Assembly: GCA_001599295.1 (NCBI GenBank)
Contig: BCGN01000007.1
Span: 981,791 to 1,045,790, forward strand
From: Sporopachydermia quercuum
Taxonomy: Eukaryota
DNA length: 64,000 nt
Direction of reading: 5' to 3'
This document shows positions 56,901-64,000 of the stretch, piece after piece; position 1 is the stretch's first letter; each line of letters begins with the position of its first letter. Both the position numbers and the translations under genes were made by a program. Under the pieces are notes generated by a model. The model did not search any database and was not told the origin of the DNA. It saw nothing but the letters and a program-made list of their open reading frames with translations.

Positions 56901-59843
56901 CTCTTGGGTTACCTATTTGAGATATCCATCCGGTTAGGAACGGGTTCGGAAGAGGTAAATCTTATTTGGCGCGCAATCTCAGATAAATCCCCGCATAATG
57001 CCAATACCAACCTTAATCTTCACCCTAATACGAATACCGAACTCGCCATAGATTTTATTGTGTCATTATGTTTACAGTGCCGAAACACGGGGTTTGTTGA
57101 GTTATCTCGGCAAATAGTATTAGTGATTTCGGAATGTAATCCTGAAGCTCGGATACCACAAAGGTTCCTTGGATACTTACAACCTCGGCTAATGGTCCCA
57201 ATCCAGCCGAATCTGGAACAAAATCCGGCTAATAACCCCTTTTGGGAAATATCACGGCTTGCTGACCCCAATTTAGAAGCCATCTTGTCACAAGGACAAA
57301 TTGGGCTAATTTTCCTAGTGGATCTGCTTTGTGTGTCCAATTCAGTTCCTGAGTTTCCCGAAATGTTACCCGGAGAATTGCCGAAATTACTTTATGTGGG
57401 TTTAGTGCTATTAGACCATTATTTACAGTTAGTTAGAGAACAAGCAGCAGAACTTCTTATTCGGCTAATTAGGATGTTTTGTTCCGATGAATCTTCAAAG
57501 CCAGAAGCGGGTGCGGAACCGGAAGTGACTATTCCGAAGTCGGACCAATTATCCGATATTATCTCCGGTCGGCCTTGGACTTACGATGATCTTACAAATT
57601 CTCTGCCCGGCGCAGAAACTCCAACTTCTATGCAAAACCTGATCTCGGATATAATAAACAAGTTNAGTTATACCCCTCAACCGAAATTCCCCGATTTGCA
57701 AATTGCCACTAGCAAGATTTGTCTTAATTGGGCAACTACATGCGCAGTTCGACATATTGCTTGCCGGTCGTTCCAGATATTCCGCGTGCTGCTAATCACG
57801 CTAGACCAATCCATGCTGAGAGATATGTTACATCGGCTTTCTAATACGATTTCCGATGAAACACCTGACATTCAAGGTTTTTCGGTCCAAATATTAATCA
57901 CGCTTGCGGAGACGGCACGGCAGTTACCACCTGAAACCCTGATCGATTTCCCGCAGCTGTTCTGGTGTGCTGTAGCATGCATTTCTACTGTGCATGAGCA
58001 GGAATTCTTGCAAGTTCTACAGCTATTGAATACATTTGTTAACAAAATTGATTTAAATGCCGAAGAAACAGTTTCCTGTTTAGTATCTACCTTCCCGGAA
58101 CGTTGGGAGGGTAAATTTGAAGGATTAGTAAGAGCAATTGCCGCCGGAGTGCGTTCCGAAACGGCAATGGAGCCGACGTTAGAGCTAATGGATAAATTAG
58201 ACTCGGTTCGGGATAGTGAAATAGTTGGTGAGAAAAGTCGAGTTTTGGTGACGCTTTTGGGTCATTTACCTCGGTTTGTTTATTACTTTGGGCAACTCTC
58301 GGCTAATGATTCTCAATCGGCATTAAGAATTGCTGACTTAGCCACAAATCAAAAATTGGAAGCATTGGCGAAAATTCTATCGGCTTTAGCTCACGGAAAG
58401 TTCCGAACTAAGCGAGATTTCCTAAAACAAATCACTCAAACCTTAGCCTCGGAGTTTTTCCCTCATTCGGAAGCCCAAACGTTAGTGTTTCTTTTAGGTC
58501 TACTATATAATAAAGCCGGTTGGGTACAAGACTCGGTATTAGAACTATTAAAAGAAATCTTCCCTCTTGTGGATCTTCGCAAACGAGAATATTTCGGAGT
58601 TGGAGCGGATTTAATCTCGCCCTTACTTCGACTTTTACTAACTAGCCGCGCAGAAGCTACGTTGGCAGTTTTAGATGAAATTGAGGCAATTCCTGGAGCG
58701 GAAATAGATAAACAAGTGCTTCGGAAGAGTTTAGGTTCCAAAACGGGTAATTACGGAAACAATAGCGGAAACGAAAACGATATGCCAACCCTATTTGGCA
58801 TTCCGACATCTTCCGGATGGTCAATCCCCATGCCTGTAATCTCCGCCGCAAGAACGAGACACAATGTCCATGCAGTATTTGGTACCTGTGTTCCCACGGA
58901 GAATATCGGAGCTGATATTGGAACGCAAAATACCGGAAATGACGTGCAAGAAGTAAAATTCCATAGAGAAGATTATATCTACAGAAATGGCAACATTGCT
59001 GAAGGTATTGAGAACCCTGATTCAGTATCATTGGCCGAGGATAACGGTTATACTGACGGCTCCTTAAGCACAATGTTAGCCGCTCTTATCAACCTCGATT
59101 CATTCTTTGCTGCCGATACCGAATTTGGAAGCGGCGGAAGCGGAATCGCCAAGGAAGTTCCCACAGGATCAATCGATACCGGAGTCTCAATTGTTTCAGA
59201 TGTTGTTCCTGTGGAATCGGCACCCCAAGTATACGACAAAAAGGTTTCGGAGATAGTAACTCGGAGCTTGGCCCGTACTGCATCTAATGCGTCATTCCGA
59301 AATTCATTTGTGGATTCTTTCAGCCCTGACCAAGGCGGGCCAAATTTTGGAACTGGAATTGGAAGTGGGGCAATTAGACCGTCATATATTCCTTTCCGAG
59401 CTCCTCGGATATCTAATATGCGGAGGTCTGGTGCTGAATCGCCAGGTATTCATGGTAATTTAGTAGCAAGAAATAATGGGCACCATAGCGGAAATGATAG
59501 CCATAGCCGAAGACACGAGGCGATGGGATACGCGGAAGAGAAACCCACTCGGAACTATTTGGAGAATATCGGAAACAATGGCGGAATAAATGGAACTGGG
59601 ACTAACTCTATGCCGGGAAATTCGGAAGGAATATTCAGATTTGAAGGTTTTTTAAAAGGAACAAACTCTAATAAACATCGGAAGAAAGCTGTTCGAAATA
59701 GCGAAAATAATGGAAGTCATGCAAATCATGAAAGCCGTCAAATCAACGGAAATAGTAGTGGAAGTATTAGTAGTATCAATAATGGAAATGATACTGGGAA
59801 CAACGGAAACTATTCAGGAACTTATACCGGAAATAACAATTAA
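50946..59843 (+). CDS. TAO3: RAM-network scaffold Tao3/Pag1/Mor2 (Furry homologue)
   Basis: 2965-aa ORF with KPPTEYTLHILFTRFVRHAERRL, GVDPEFDKIIASLGYIARRKPKPVIDSVMFWRRSKSE, AERKSLVSVYILCRVLIE, RLAESDYGVDAALWFRAFP, WATTCAVRHIACRSFQIFR and GADLISPLLRLLLT. Confidence 0.96.
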   Translation: METNLIHQDHKYINIDAVHTEITQISTEIDPSLDRHELTDHPHHSRQPSIDQSRELPESIPLSSHHTPVVSPILHQYPHSPNSQPVTTPPSRLKSSLASPDAPKSGLVMEPTLPDLPVDRKSLTSTPVLERNRSSGTISVLGAPLTYSSENGIPHGSLSVPLSHIQSHNTEFGLQPPASLGETIKNAANLPNLSNQQSHHTPHTQHTPQMSTVTTTTTTAAAVTVTSSNPATANLNANYVTLTASHRTMSHSGSLTSSPAPPEPITRASSPAQPQGLQPLQPLPSKPPTEYTLHILFTRFVRHAERRLSLCLNYPLESDLPVEELLKEGVDPEFDKIIASLGYIARRKPKPVIDSVMFWRRSKSEMASLAATAEKAANMNEPNVVSTPSTPQQSHEFYPQTQADRNSQKPKTSKSVMSSKGKLSGGSKYTENGRIPSNSPRTGYYSTANSNSNPISPSISISGKSSVGSISLSRKPSRVFTRISGSMSQLGSVSPKLKESLSYSRHKSSSNPIPNTNPNTNPNTSPNTNPNTNPNPNPQINSNLNSASASAFAAERKSLVSVYILCRVLIEIVKQTPPETIGDDLSEKLEEIIYAQLKANNPETVVAHPIRRANWNLFAELLGIMSEKRFVSVSDRFISDLEKLPEFLPKEDEPFVQTLIFGMKYFRLMIYPMEKLEESAEFLQSLGKFYSRSGNPNIRDAYAEILYRLLLPAAASVTAEANHPLWLEAMELIWAKAELNFTRKNRNWNPAFPLIGTVLCCVPAEQFSERWVETLTSGISRIKTRESRVEFAVAQARLLWVFLFRWTESLNATSRKLEPLLTNLFKVGKRNLITSEGMFLTAATECIRYAGQRVDLYFVLEKAILPLLAPAAVKHTILENLPNDQLIVAIRSYFSVLSDTHFRNMPQFPTDSELSRLNSQKGINYWVKYANKAGNHYENSGTFHQNIRNNPVNDEFSPHPTPRPTLHFNPDYSDIYSKQFRDIFSKLFTQISSRIRTGSGSIEVSGKPSAARAVQAALYFAANGIGGGSGSGTESSAFHSRNLLIELAATVLELVPWCMPENTPFGQLVETLCRAAVSEELRIRQAGESALREISQRSKLSRVLIATFGRCAFCLDDSVASAIPSSVILYTGTSQRLLRMYVELIRLWLDAFKRNFGDDTGNDGGNADNGHYNNNVNPGNSTGTGTELELKHIVNTVQEVEGYGFFLLCSENFIIRRLGIEILRLTVQFDTALGEKTGKDGSAFSETRLISVMEKAEFTELLPYSKAELSHVEKARLSKLTAKRRNSGXGVLIRLAESDYGVDAALWFRAFPKFLSLCFENCPLSTALCRDFICIRLVQLFSPISSASETDLGNSYGYGNSGTSGVNAPMIERNLIEQWKLYLIVACVTLTASGEQNLNLPSISSLISNSGSISSNLNSQLGTSSGSAAGTGSNLNLKTQPRRTVNDANNLFLIVPRKPYKLTSARSVFRMVLVLLGTAPGEIRDAIVLGLSCININVFRPLLECFKPFLDRWCSKIRNGTAQNLATMEDKLGIEIIRILSLVSRFLTEREVYSDLWLVREISELFYALRVLLLDASVQVSWTAQPLRRYFCGFVQNVFAVVKVVEEAERNPENTGNNTAMLKGLFSFEQRVEMMKYFEEWSGFGRASEVCQSRYRYMEETYSRTGKDILTLSASIEVERHTLQMASVSCMSALLSGPVREVRIDGDVSGEGIAMGIGSEGGGGLGSGTATILSLHLPTLMDFFADLFRNGTERIQFRGRTGLLNLLGYNPTDELLIQEVARQCYAAHDESDASRGFFVPLAEVLTDTLLGKCSQKGTSDGMHTSVGNLGNSPSIELLLSVICLSLFQLGNNTLEVRISAFRLLSAWNSGKNRSEVLAQHQSGISSRTKAVYSRAQMEIISLFVSEIGSSVDVIAEVAAQFRYLPEFGSDSAKSDLVSVILPALRNVILVKADPRTAGPGDLKTDANRESLGVVSTSGLSPSSDLLLGYLFEISIRLGTGSEEVNLIWRAISDKSPHNANTNLNLHPNTNTELAIDFIVSLCLQCRNTGFVELSRQIVLVISECNPEARIPQRFLGYLQPRLMVPIQPNLEQNPANNPFWEISRLADPNLEAILSQGQIGLIFLVDLLCVSNSVPEFPEMLPGELPKLLYVGLVLLDHYLQLVREQAAELLIRLIRMFCSDESSKPEAGAEPEVTIPKSDQLSDIISGRPWTYDDLTNSLPGAETPTSMQNLISDIINKXSYTPQPKFPDLQIATSKICLNWATTCAVRHIACRSFQIFRVLLITLDQSMLRDMLHRLSNTISDETPDIQGFSVQILITLAETARQLPPETLIDFPQLFWCAVACISTVHEQEFLQVLQLLNTFVNKIDLNAEETVSCLVSTFPERWEGKFEGLVRAIAAGVRSETAMEPTLELMDKLDSVRDSEIVGEKSRVLVTLLGHLPRFVYYFGQLSANDSQSALRIADLATNQKLEALAKILSALAHGKFRTKRDFLKQITQTLASEFFPHSEAQTLVFLLGLLYNKAGWVQDSVLELLKEIFPLVDLRKREYFGVGADLISPLLRLLLTSRAEATLAVLDEIEAIPGAEIDKQVLRKSLGSKTGNYGNNSGNENDMPTLFGIPTSSGWSIPMPVISAARTRHNVHAVFGTCVPTENIGADIGTQNTGNDVQEVKFHREDYIYRNGNIAEGIENPDSVSLAEDNGYTDGSLSTMLAALINLDSFFAADTEFGSGGSGIAKEVPTGSIDTGVSIVSDVVPVESAPQVYDKKVSEIVTRSLARTASNASFRNSFVDSFSPDQGGPNFGTGIGSGAIRPSYIPFRAPRISNMRRSGAESPGIHGNLVARNNGHHSGNDSHSRRHEAMGYAEEKPTRNYLENIGNNGGINGTGTNSMPGNSEGIFRFEGFLKGTNSNKHRKKAVRNSENNGSHANHESRQINGNSSGSISSINNGNDTGNNGNYSGTYTGNNN
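52485..52559 (+). repeat. Coding 12-bp minisatellite (CCTAACACTAAT) x~6 encoding PNTN repeats in TAO3
   Basis: Six near-perfect tandem units in a low-complexity insertion. Confidence 0.85.
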
Positions 59844-60110
59844 AGTCTCCGGTGGTTTGATCCATACTTGTTCCGCTACACATTCCGTTCTTCCAATCAC
59901 ATTTCTTCCGATATAAGACCGTGTTACATTTACGTATTAATAAAGCTTTGTACGCAAATGTTTCAAAGAAAAAAACAATAGTAATATAACCATAGTTTAA
60001 GATAATTTCTATTATATTATTTCCATAAATAGTAATCAATACATCCTAATAGAGTAATTCGTCATGATAAAGTTTTTTAAGTGTTTGCAAAGACTTCAAA
60101 TGGGTGAATT

Positions 60111-63100
60111 TTATACCGAGAAGTCACTATCATCATTATCGGAAGCTTCGGATTCTTCCGAGAAGTCTATACTTCGGTCGCTATCAATTTTGTAGCTCTT
60201 TTGAACCTTCATTCGGGTATTGCGGGCTCTCGGCTCAACCGGAATATCGGCAGTAATTTCATCCATAGTTAAATCAGCTTCTGATTCAGAGCTAGATTCA
60301 ACTTTAACTCTGCTTTTAGATTTTGGTTGAGGTTTAGGTTGAGGTTTAGGCTGAGATTTAGGTTGCGCTTTGGGTTTGGGTTGAGGTTTAGCTTCAACTT
60401 TAACTTCAGGTTCTGTTCCAAACCGAGATTCAGTGCTTTTTGTACTAAACATATCTTTTTCGTCATCGGAATCGATTGATATTAAATCGCCTCCAAAACG
60501 GGAAACAAATGATCTGGGTTTCGACTTATCGTCTGCTCTAGATTCCGGAGTTGTCTTTTTAGGAGTAATTGTCGCCGAACTAAATGCCGAACTCGCTTTT
60601 GTAAAACTTTTAGTAATAGTATCCAAATCATCATATAAACTTTCCGGTTCCAGATCAAACACGTCTTTATCTGAGTGTTTAACTGGGGATCCAAAAATGG
60701 TAGAAGGTTTGCCGAAAAAGGATTTGAGTTCCGGCTGTTTTTCCTTTTTGATACGAACCGACCCAATTGGATCGGTGGGTTCGATCTTAGGTTTAACCTT
60801 ATCAAGAGAGCTAATGCTTCCCGCTTTACTACTCTTTTTCGATGCTCCATTTGCTTTACCTTTGGGCTTTTTGCTTGGGTTATAATCTCCGTCTTCGCTT
60901 TTCCTGCCTCGCTTACCCTTCTTACCGTTAGCCTTATCAGGAATCATAGCTTCCGACTTCTCTTGATCGTATCGCATAAAATCCTCAAATGAGATTTCAA
61001 AAGCATCCAAATCGGTATTCCATAAATCTTTAGCCGATTTTCGGGACAATTCTTTGAGTTCCGAGTTTTTCTCGTCTAATTGCCGCTCCAACTTCAAATA
61101 CCGTTCTCGCGTTAAAGACCAAATAGGCATTCCTAATAGATAATCATACCCTGAAAAGGTAATTTTCTGATCGTTTTTAACGACAATAATTCCCGAAGTG
61201 TTTGCATCTAATTCGGCATCAGACTCAGATTCAGAAGCGGAAGCGGAGTCTGAATCTGCCTCTCCTTTAGGTGCGCTTAAATGTTCATCCTTTTCAAAGC
61301 GGGGAACTCCGTCTTTTCCAATTCTTGGGAAATCTAATCTTTCAAGTTCTGCCACTAATTCAACCCGCTTCCGATTGTTTACTATCAATTTCTTGCTAAT
61401 AATCAGTTGAATGAACCGAGCTTGTGAACCTAATTTCTCAATAATATTGGATAATTGCTGTAAAAGGTAATCTTTCCGTCTCTGGTAGTAATCTAACCGG
61501 ACATAGTAATAATCCCGAAGTATTTCTTCCACAGAATCATATTTCTTAATGCGACCATTTGGATCAAATGCAACCATGTTACCCGTTGAAATAGATGAAA
61601 TCAGTTTAAACCGTTCCAATAAGCCGAGCTTGCGTGCTTTTGCCATTTCTTCGCCTGAAAGGGTCACCACAAACTTAATACCGATTCCGTGTTGTTCCGT
61701 CATATCTTTAATCCAAGGCTTAACTTTATCTGTTCCGCCTAAACCTTGTAATAAATACTCTTTCATAGTAGTAGTCCACATTTTAACTGGTAGTTCGGTA
61801 ATTTCCAATACATTTTCCGCGACTTCATCTATAATTCCCGCTACTCGGTATTTGTCGGGTCCTATTTGTTCAATTGTTCCGTTCCATCCTCGGTACCACG
61901 GAACGATTGGTACTAATGGGTCATTTCTCATTAATCTTCGGATGTTCTCTACTAGATCTAGCGGATTATAACAAGGGATATTTGAACTCCAACCAGTTCC
62001 AATTCCTTCCGCTCCGTTAACTAAAATCATAGGAATAACCGGAAGATACCATTCCGGTTCAACCGTTTGTTCATCGTCTTGAACATATGTTAATAACGGA
62101 TCATCTAATGCTGGGAAGATCTTCCGGGTTATCGGATTTAACTCGGCAAAAATGTATCTTGCTGCTGCGGCATCTTTGCCGCCTTGAGATCTTGTACCGA
62201 AACAACCTTTAGGGTTTAAAAGATAGATGTTATTTGACCCAACAAAATCTTGGGCGAGCCCGACAATAGTTTGCACCAATGATTGTTCACCATGGTGGTA
62301 TCCGGTATGTTCCGAAATGTAGCCAGCCAATAGAGCAACCTTAATTTCCGTTTTAAGGTTCCGTTTAAATACACCATATACAACTTTCCGTTGACCTGGT
62401 TTCAATCCGTCTAGAACATTCGGAAGGGAACGGATGTTATCTGCCATTGAGAATAGAATTAATTCTTTATTGATAAAGTCAGAGATGAGGATTTCTTTGA
62501 TCTCGGGATCTAAATGAGTCCCTGGAATGAAATTTCGAAGCCATTCTTTCCGATCGTCGGCCTTCTTCTTACTAAACGCTAAATCGATAAAAGGTTTGTC
62601 CTCAGCCTTCAAAGCATGGAATAGCTTTAAATGTCGATCCAATTGGGAAAAATACTCTCGGCCTTCTTGTTGCGTACTTGTACCTAAACCCTTATAGTAT
62701 TTCTGAGTCCAGGAACAGTTTTGTCCTTCGGACTCTCTCCATGCTTCATATTCTGGCATTGTATAGAAAGAAATCACCGATTTCTTCCGGTTCTTAACAA
62801 CGGTCACTTTGACAATAGGAGTAATGAACTCAATTAGAAATCCCTGAATTGATAGCAGTCCCGGAAATGAGGTTTCTAAGAAGTTGATGATTAATCCTTT
62901 GATATGACTACCATCATGATCTTGATCTGTCATAATCATAATATGTCCATAACGTAAAGATTTAGTATCTGAGTAATGTTTCTTATGTTGTAGACCGATG
63001 ATCTGCTTAATCGCTTGAATTTCGGCATTTTTACTGATTTGATCATGCGAGGCTTCTCGGACGTTTAACATTTTACCTCTCAGAGGAAAAACTCCGTAGT

Positions 63101-64000
63101 AATCTCTTCCCACAACGGCCAAACCGGCTACAGCTAATGACATAGCGGAATCACCTTCGGTAAGGATCAAAGTACATTTCTGAGATTCCCGAGTTCCTGC
63201 TTTATTTGCATCTTCGAGTTTCACTAAACCGGTGATTCTGTTCTTCTTACTCCCGTCGGATTTCTTTAAAGCTTTATCGGAGTTCTTCTCGGCAGTTTGA
63301 AGCAAATTATCAATAATCCGAGTTTTCAGGACTTTCTTCATGAAATCTGCCGAGATTTCGGCTTTAGATCCAAATGAGGAAACACGGGTAATCATTTGTT
63401 CTTTTGTTTGTGATGTGAAGGCGGGGTTTTCAATTAAACAGTTTACAAATAAGAATATATTGTTCTTGATTTGTGACGGTTTTAATTTAGCAGATTTGTG
63501 TTTTTTATCCAGTGTTTCCGAAATCTTACTTACTAATTGATCACAAATGTAGTTAACATGTGTCCCACCGGAGGTAGTAGCAATGGAGTTCACAAATGAT
63601 ACTTGATGGAAAGCACCATCGGATACCGCAAATGCAATTTCCCAACGATCGTTGACGATTTCATGTACAATTGTGGAACCAGTTGGCATCGATTCGGGTT
63701 CAGGAGACTCCGAGGTTTCCCGGGCCGAAGCTTCAAGAGCTTTCACGTATAACTCCACATAGGATTTGAAGCTTCTGCAGGGTATCCGTTTACCGTCAAG
63801 GTACACATCGGCACCTCGAACAGTTCCGGCAAGATCATAAACTCTTCTCCGCATTACTCCAAGTAAATCGTCATCCAAACCGGTCATTCCGAACAATTTC
63901 CAGTCAGGTTTGAATGTAATCTTTGTATATTCTTTACTAACCTTTGGAACAGTAATACTTGGCTTCCCCACATGAGACATATTATTCTTCCATGTTTGTT
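60111..64000 (-). CDS. TOP2: DNA topoisomerase II, 5'-truncated by the window edge
   Basis: TOPRIM motifs LILTEGDSA, PLRGKMLNVR, IMTDQDHDGSHIKGL; YYKGLGTS; DGLKPGQRK; YHHGEQSL; active site AAARYIF. The N-terminal part of the ATPase domain lies beyond 64000. Confidence 0.97.
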   Translation of the reverse strand, partial: QTWKNNMSHVGKPSITVPKVSKEYTKITFKPDWKLFGMTGLDDDLLGVMRRRVYDLAGTVRGADVYLDGKRIPCRSFKSYVELYVKALEASARETSESPEPESMPTGSTIVHEIVNDRWEIAFAVSDGAFHQVSFVNSIATTSGGTHVNYICDQLVSKISETLDKKHKSAKLKPSQIKNNIFLFVNCLIENPAFTSQTKEQMITRVSSFGSKAEISADFMKKVLKTRIIDNLLQTAEKNSDKALKKSDGSKKNRITGLVKLEDANKAGTRESQKCTLILTEGDSAMSLAVAGLAVVGRDYYGVFPLRGKMLNVREASHDQISKNAEIQAIKQIIGLQHKKHYSDTKSLRYGHIMIMTDQDHDGSHIKGLIINFLETSFPGLLSIQGFLIEFITPIVKVTVVKNRKKSVISFYTMPEYEAWRESEGQNCSWTQKYYKGLGTSTQQEGREYFSQLDRHLKLFHALKAEDKPFIDLAFSKKKADDRKEWLRNFIPGTHLDPEIKEILISDFINKELILFSMADNIRSLPNVLDGLKPGQRKVVYGVFKRNLKTEIKVALLAGYISEHTGYHHGEQSLVQTIVGLAQDFVGSNNIYLLNPKGCFGTRSQGGKDAAAARYIFAELNPITRKIFPALDDPLLTYVQDDEQTVEPEWYLPVIPMILVNGAEGIGTGWSSNIPCYNPLDLVENIRRLMRNDPLVPIVPWYRGWNGTIEQIGPDKYRVAGIIDEVAENVLEITELPVKMWTTTMKEYLLQGLGGTDKVKPWIKDMTEQHGIGIKFVVTLSGEEMAKARKLGLLERFKLISSISTGNMVAFDPNGRIKKYDSVEEILRDYYYVRLDYYQRRKDYLLQQLSNIIEKLGSQARFIQLIISKKLIVNNRKRVELVAELERLDFPRIGKDGVPRFEKDEHLSAPKGEADSDSASASESESDAELDANTSGIIVVKNDQKITFSGYDYLLGMPIWSLTRERYLKLERQLDEKNSELKELSRKSAKDLWNTDLDAFEISFEDFMRYDQEKSEAMIPDKANGKKGKRGRKSEDGDYNPSKKPKGKANGASKKSSKAGSISSLDKVKPKIEPTDPIGSVRIKKEKQPELKSFFGKPSTIFGSPVKHSDKDVFDLEPESLYDDLDTITKSFTKASSAFSSATITPKKTTPESRADDKSKPRSFVSRFGGDLISIDSDDEKDMFSTKSTESRFGTEPEVKVEAKPQPKPKAQPKSQPKPQPKPQPKSKSRVKVESSSESEADLTMDEITADIPVEPRARNTRMKVQKSYKIDSDRSIDFSEESEASDNDDSDFSV

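Noticed and set aside
60111..64000. Alternative CUG decoding (Ser or Ala)
   Set aside because: CTG codons occur at Leu positions conserved in Top2 (FPG-L-L, FK-L-IS), supporting the standard code.

Overview
Fungal nuclear DNA from a budding yeast (Saccharomycotina-like gene set and gene order), AT-rich, with spliceosomal introns and the standard genetic code (CTG falls at conserved Leu positions in Top2). Genes in order: RPA43, MTW1, a 3-exon complex I subunit NB5M/NDUFB4 missed by the ORF track, an unassigned low-complexity 795-aa protein, YPT6 (5 exons), MEP1/3, palC/YGR122W, LOA1 (3 exons), TAZ1 (3 exons), a ZNHIT2-like zinc finger, a CIA84-like PPR protein, KAR3, RRP15, a Rox1/Rfg1-family HMG-box factor, a 10.7-kb gene-free gap, YNG2, TAO3 and a 5'-truncated TOP2. 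I found no tRNA, rRNA, CRISPR array or intact transposon. Most notable observations: (1) the HMG factor has a Cys-flanked HMG box plus a C-terminal domain that reads like a catalytically dead thymidylate-kinase/P-loop fold; (2) the 10.7-kb gap carries the highest density of ambiguous bases and is a candidate regional centromere or very large promoter; (3) the MEP-palC-LOA1-TAZ1-KAR3-RRP15 order and orientation match S. cerevisiae YPR138C-YPR143W/YGR121C-YGR122W; (4) a dense TGCA/CCTTAA motif island lies between convergent genes; (5) composition is a mosaic of CCG/CGG-rich and CCG/CGG-poor blocks. All homology calls come from recalled motifs, not from database searches.
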